Assembly (NCBI GenBank): GCA_008690995.1
Contig: VRMN01000006.1
Coordinates: 62,001-126,000 of the forward strand
Source of the DNA: Porphyridium purpureum
Lineage: Eukaryota
DNA: 64,000 nucleotides
Direction: 5' to 3'
Below are positions 61,423 to 64,000 of the stretch, piece after piece. Both the position numbers and the translations under genes were made by a program. The notes below the pieces were generated by a model that saw nothing but the letters and a program-made list of their open reading frames with translations, searched no databases and had not been told where the DNA came from. The stretch's first letter is position 1. Each line of letters opens with the position of its first letter.

Positions 61423-63042
61423 ATGCTGCGGGCCATACAGGAGCTCCGAACAGGAACGCTTTCTCCGTCTCGACTGAAAAGCGCAGTGCGCACGGACCTT
61501 TCGCTGGAGTTGCGAGAGGAGCGCGTGTGCTATGGTACATTCATTGACCGAGTGCTCCAGCCGCGGAGCGGCGTGTCGATGCGGTACCCTCGCAGGATGG
61601 TGCTGCCCTCTGTGCGCCTGCGCGCTGTGCTGGATATAGACGTCGATCCTGCAGAAGGGCGCTACATGATATGCAGCACAAGCAGTGGCGGCCTGAATAT
61701 TTTTGACCTGTGGAAAGACAACGCTTGGTCCGCGACCGAGCGCGGAGGTGCAGCAGAGGCAATCCCGTGCGTAGCGGCGCACACGGTAAGAGACGATGTA
61801 GTTTCTGCCTTGCAGTGGTATCCTGCTGGCTCAAGCTTGTTTGTGACTGGCTCGTACGGTGGCAACGTGAGCGTGTGGGACGCGGAGACGCAGCAGCTTG
61901 ATGCGTTCCAGACTTTCGGGAAATCGAATGGCCTTGCCACCCCAATACACGAACTTTGTATGCCACGCTGTGCGCGTGACCGCGCAAGTGTCGTTGCACT
62001 CGCAAACGGGACGAGGGATCTTGCTCTCGTGGATCTCGTTTCTGGATCTGCGGTATCCAGTTTCCCTGTGTCTAGCACGAATCCGGAGGCCGTCGTATGG
62101 TCGGTGGCCTTCAGCCCAACCCATGAATATATGCTGGCGGTTGGCTGCGGAGACGGCGTGGTGCGTCTATACGATATCCGAAGGGCCGGAACTCACTCTC
62201 TGCTCCTCACATTCGGGAGCCACACGGGGCAAGCCACAACGGATACGAGCAGATTGAATCCTCGTGTCTCTTCCAGTGTGATGTGCCAGTCGCGCATGCG
62301 CGTGCTCTCCTCACAAATGCTACAGCCGCTCGCGCACGCAAACAGCAGAGGCCGCGGAGCGAAGAGAAAACACCATTCGACAACCGGGTATGGAAGTGAT
62401 CATGATCGACGGAACACCGAGCAGATCAAGTCCGTTCTTTCTCCTGATGGAGCCGAAAGGTCCGCGTCGTCTCGAAGTCATGAAGGTTGGGTGCATCACG
62501 TCTGTTTCAGCGGCAGTGGTGAAAAACTCTACTCCCATGGTTCAGACCGTCGCCTAGCGAGCTGGGACGTCCTTAGCGGAAGTGTTTTGGTTCCTAGATT
62601 CAGCGAGATCCGATCGAGCGATGCGATTCCCTTCTCGTGTGCGCCATGGTCCCAGACACTCTACGTCGCAGAGCGGGGAATCATGCTTGCATGCGACGCC
62701 GAAACCGGCCGGATGCTCAGCATGATGAGTGACCGGGTCGAGCACGTGACGCGTATCACTTGTGATCCGTTTCTGGAAAAAGTTTATGTGGCCTACGACA
62801 ATGGCATCATACGTCCGTTCTCAACCATGCGAATTCATAGTCGGGAGAACGCGCTTGAGAGTCACGACCAAGACGGCTATGGCAGTGACCGCTCAGGCTC
62901 CACGCATCATCGTTCTTCCGTAGACGACGGAGATGACGATGAACAAGACGGTGATGACGAAGACGTTGATGAGGAGGAGGATGATCAGATGGACATGTGG
63001 TGGGATGCGTATACTGGTCGGACTCGAAGCGCGAATGTGTGA
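61423..63042 (+). CDS. ERCC8: WD40 protein, Cockayne syndrome A / ERCC8-like
   Basis: LDIDVDPAEGRYMI, QWYP...FVTGS, SPTHEYMLA...DGVVRLYDIRRAG. Confidence 0.8.
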   Translation: MLRAIQELRTGTLSPSRLKSAVRTDLSLELREERVCYGTFIDRVLQPRSGVSMRYPRRMVLPSVRLRAVLDIDVDPAEGRYMICSTSSGGLNIFDLWKDNAWSATERGGAAEAIPCVAAHTVRDDVVSALQWYPAGSSLFVTGSYGGNVSVWDAETQQLDAFQTFGKSNGLATPIHELCMPRCARDRASVVALANGTRDLALVDLVSGSAVSSFPVSSTNPEAVVWSVAFSPTHEYMLAVGCGDGVVRLYDIRRAGTHSLLLTFGSHTGQATTDTSRLNPRVSSSVMCQSRMRVLSSQMLQPLAHANSRGRGAKRKHHSTTGYGSDHDRRNTEQIKSVLSPDGAERSASSRSHEGWVHHVCFSGSGEKLYSHGSDRRLASWDVLSGSVLVPRFSEIRSSDAIPFSCAPWSQTLYVAERGIMLACDAETGRMLSMMSDRVEHVTRITCDPFLEKVYVAYDNGIIRPFSTMRIHSRENALESHDQDGYGSDRSGSTHHRSSVDDGDDDEQDGDDEDVDEEEDDQMDMWWDAYTGRTRSANV

Positions 63043-63227
63043 ATAAGCAGGAGGCCTCGGTATGTTTCCGAGCTTGAGATGCGCAATTTGGTTGAGCGCC
63101 CTGCACAGAATTGGTTTAGGTGGGAAGCAGACACAGGATGGACTGCTTTCATTTCTCTTATATTTATTCATCCAGAACCTTCAGCCGAGTGTAAACAACC
63201 CTATCGCATACAGATACACTGCCACTT

Positions 63228-64000
63228 CTACGAGTCTCCACCGCCAAGGCGCTGACCACCCGCGCTGCCCCAGCCACCTGTGAACCGTTGCCGTAAGGCT
63301 CCACCGATATTTGTACCAAAGCCGGCCGACGGTGGTACGCCTCCGGCCGGACCGACCTGTCCATTTCTGATGACGGTGCGTGGCTCGCTGCTACTTGCAC
63401 TTCCTGGCGCGGGGAATGTTCCTGGTCGTCGCTGATCAAACAGGTTGACGAGAAATTGCGGCGTGCGAATCAAGATTCTCCCACGGCTGGACGGAATCTT
63501 TGGATATACGGAGTCCAGAAAGTAGTACAGGTGGCCGGCGCAGATTCCAACCACGCCCATCCAGTCAATGGCGCCTCCAGAGAGAACGGTACTGACTGCA
63601 AGCATCACGTACGGGTAGTAAAGCGCGGGCACCTGAAAGATGCCGTAAATTGACACGGTCTGCGTTTGGTTCTTGCGGGACCAAAGCTGCAGCATAGCAT
63701 ACACAAGAACAGGGCCAAGGTACATCAGCCTGAAAAAGTATGCGAGCGGTAGACTGATTGCGGCGACCAAAATGAGAAAATAGCAGTAATCGGCCGCGTT
63801 GCCAAGAAACTCGCCCTCCTCGAGGCCCCTGGACATGCGGAAGAAGATTGCGGCCAGAAAGAGCAACGGAAAGCCGAGCGGCCCGAGAAAGAAGAACGGA
63901 AGCACGAGCCTCCATAGCTCAAACCTGAAGACGCGGTCCCATATGAGCAAGACGTTCATCACCTTGAACAGCCCGAGCTGGCTGCCGAGCGTGACGAGCG
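63228..64000 (-). CDS. DER1: Derlin (ERAD membrane protein); 5' end lies outside the window
   Basis: ELWRL..FFF, LEEGEF...ADY, WSRKN, YYPYV, GICAGHLYYFL, SHP-like GGQRLG tail. Confidence 0.93.
   Translation of the reverse strand, partial: LVTLGSQLGLFKVMNVLLIWDRVFRFELWRLVLPFFFLGPLGFPLLFLAAIFFRMSRGLEEGEFLGNAADYCYFLILVAAISLPLAYFFRLMYLGPVLVYAMLQLWSRKNQTQTVSIYGIFQVPALYYPYVMLAVSTVLSGGAIDWMGVVGICAGHLYYFLDSVYPKIPSSRGRILIRTPQFLVNLFDQRRPGTFPAPGSASSSEPRTVIRNGQVGPAGGVPPSAGFGTNIGGALRQRFTGGWGSAGGQRLGGGDS

Overview
Eukaryotic, GC-rich, apparently intronless genomic DNA, most consistent with a unicellular red alga (Porphyridium-like; inferred, not searched). It has three zones. (1) 1-11.8 kb: a Tc1 remnant, one complete 18S-5.8S-28S rDNA unit on the minus strand, and a divergently oriented YnbB/Met-gamma-lyase-family gene directly upstream of the 5' ETS. 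This gene has strikingly high third-position GC. (2) About 12-47 kb: a nested transposon island that target-site duplications (TSDs) resolve into four levels. A GalEa-like Copia element (12665-32642, TSD TTCTT) sits in the 5' LTR of another Copia. It carries a gag-only Gypsy element (itself interrupted by a young chromodomain Gypsy), an intact Gypsy and two solo LTRs. A second, inverted copy of the intact Gypsy, solo LTRs and Tc1/Copia relics follow. (3) 47-64 kb: tightly packed host genes (aspartate kinase, long-chain acyl-CoA synthetase, aminotransferase, inositol monophosphatase, CAF1, GRAB golgin, DIM1, CSA/ERCC8, Derlin). The best candidates for novelty are the gag-only element paired with its likely helper, a possible UGA readthrough at a Copia gag/pol junction, and a protein gene that may co-evolve with the rDNA.
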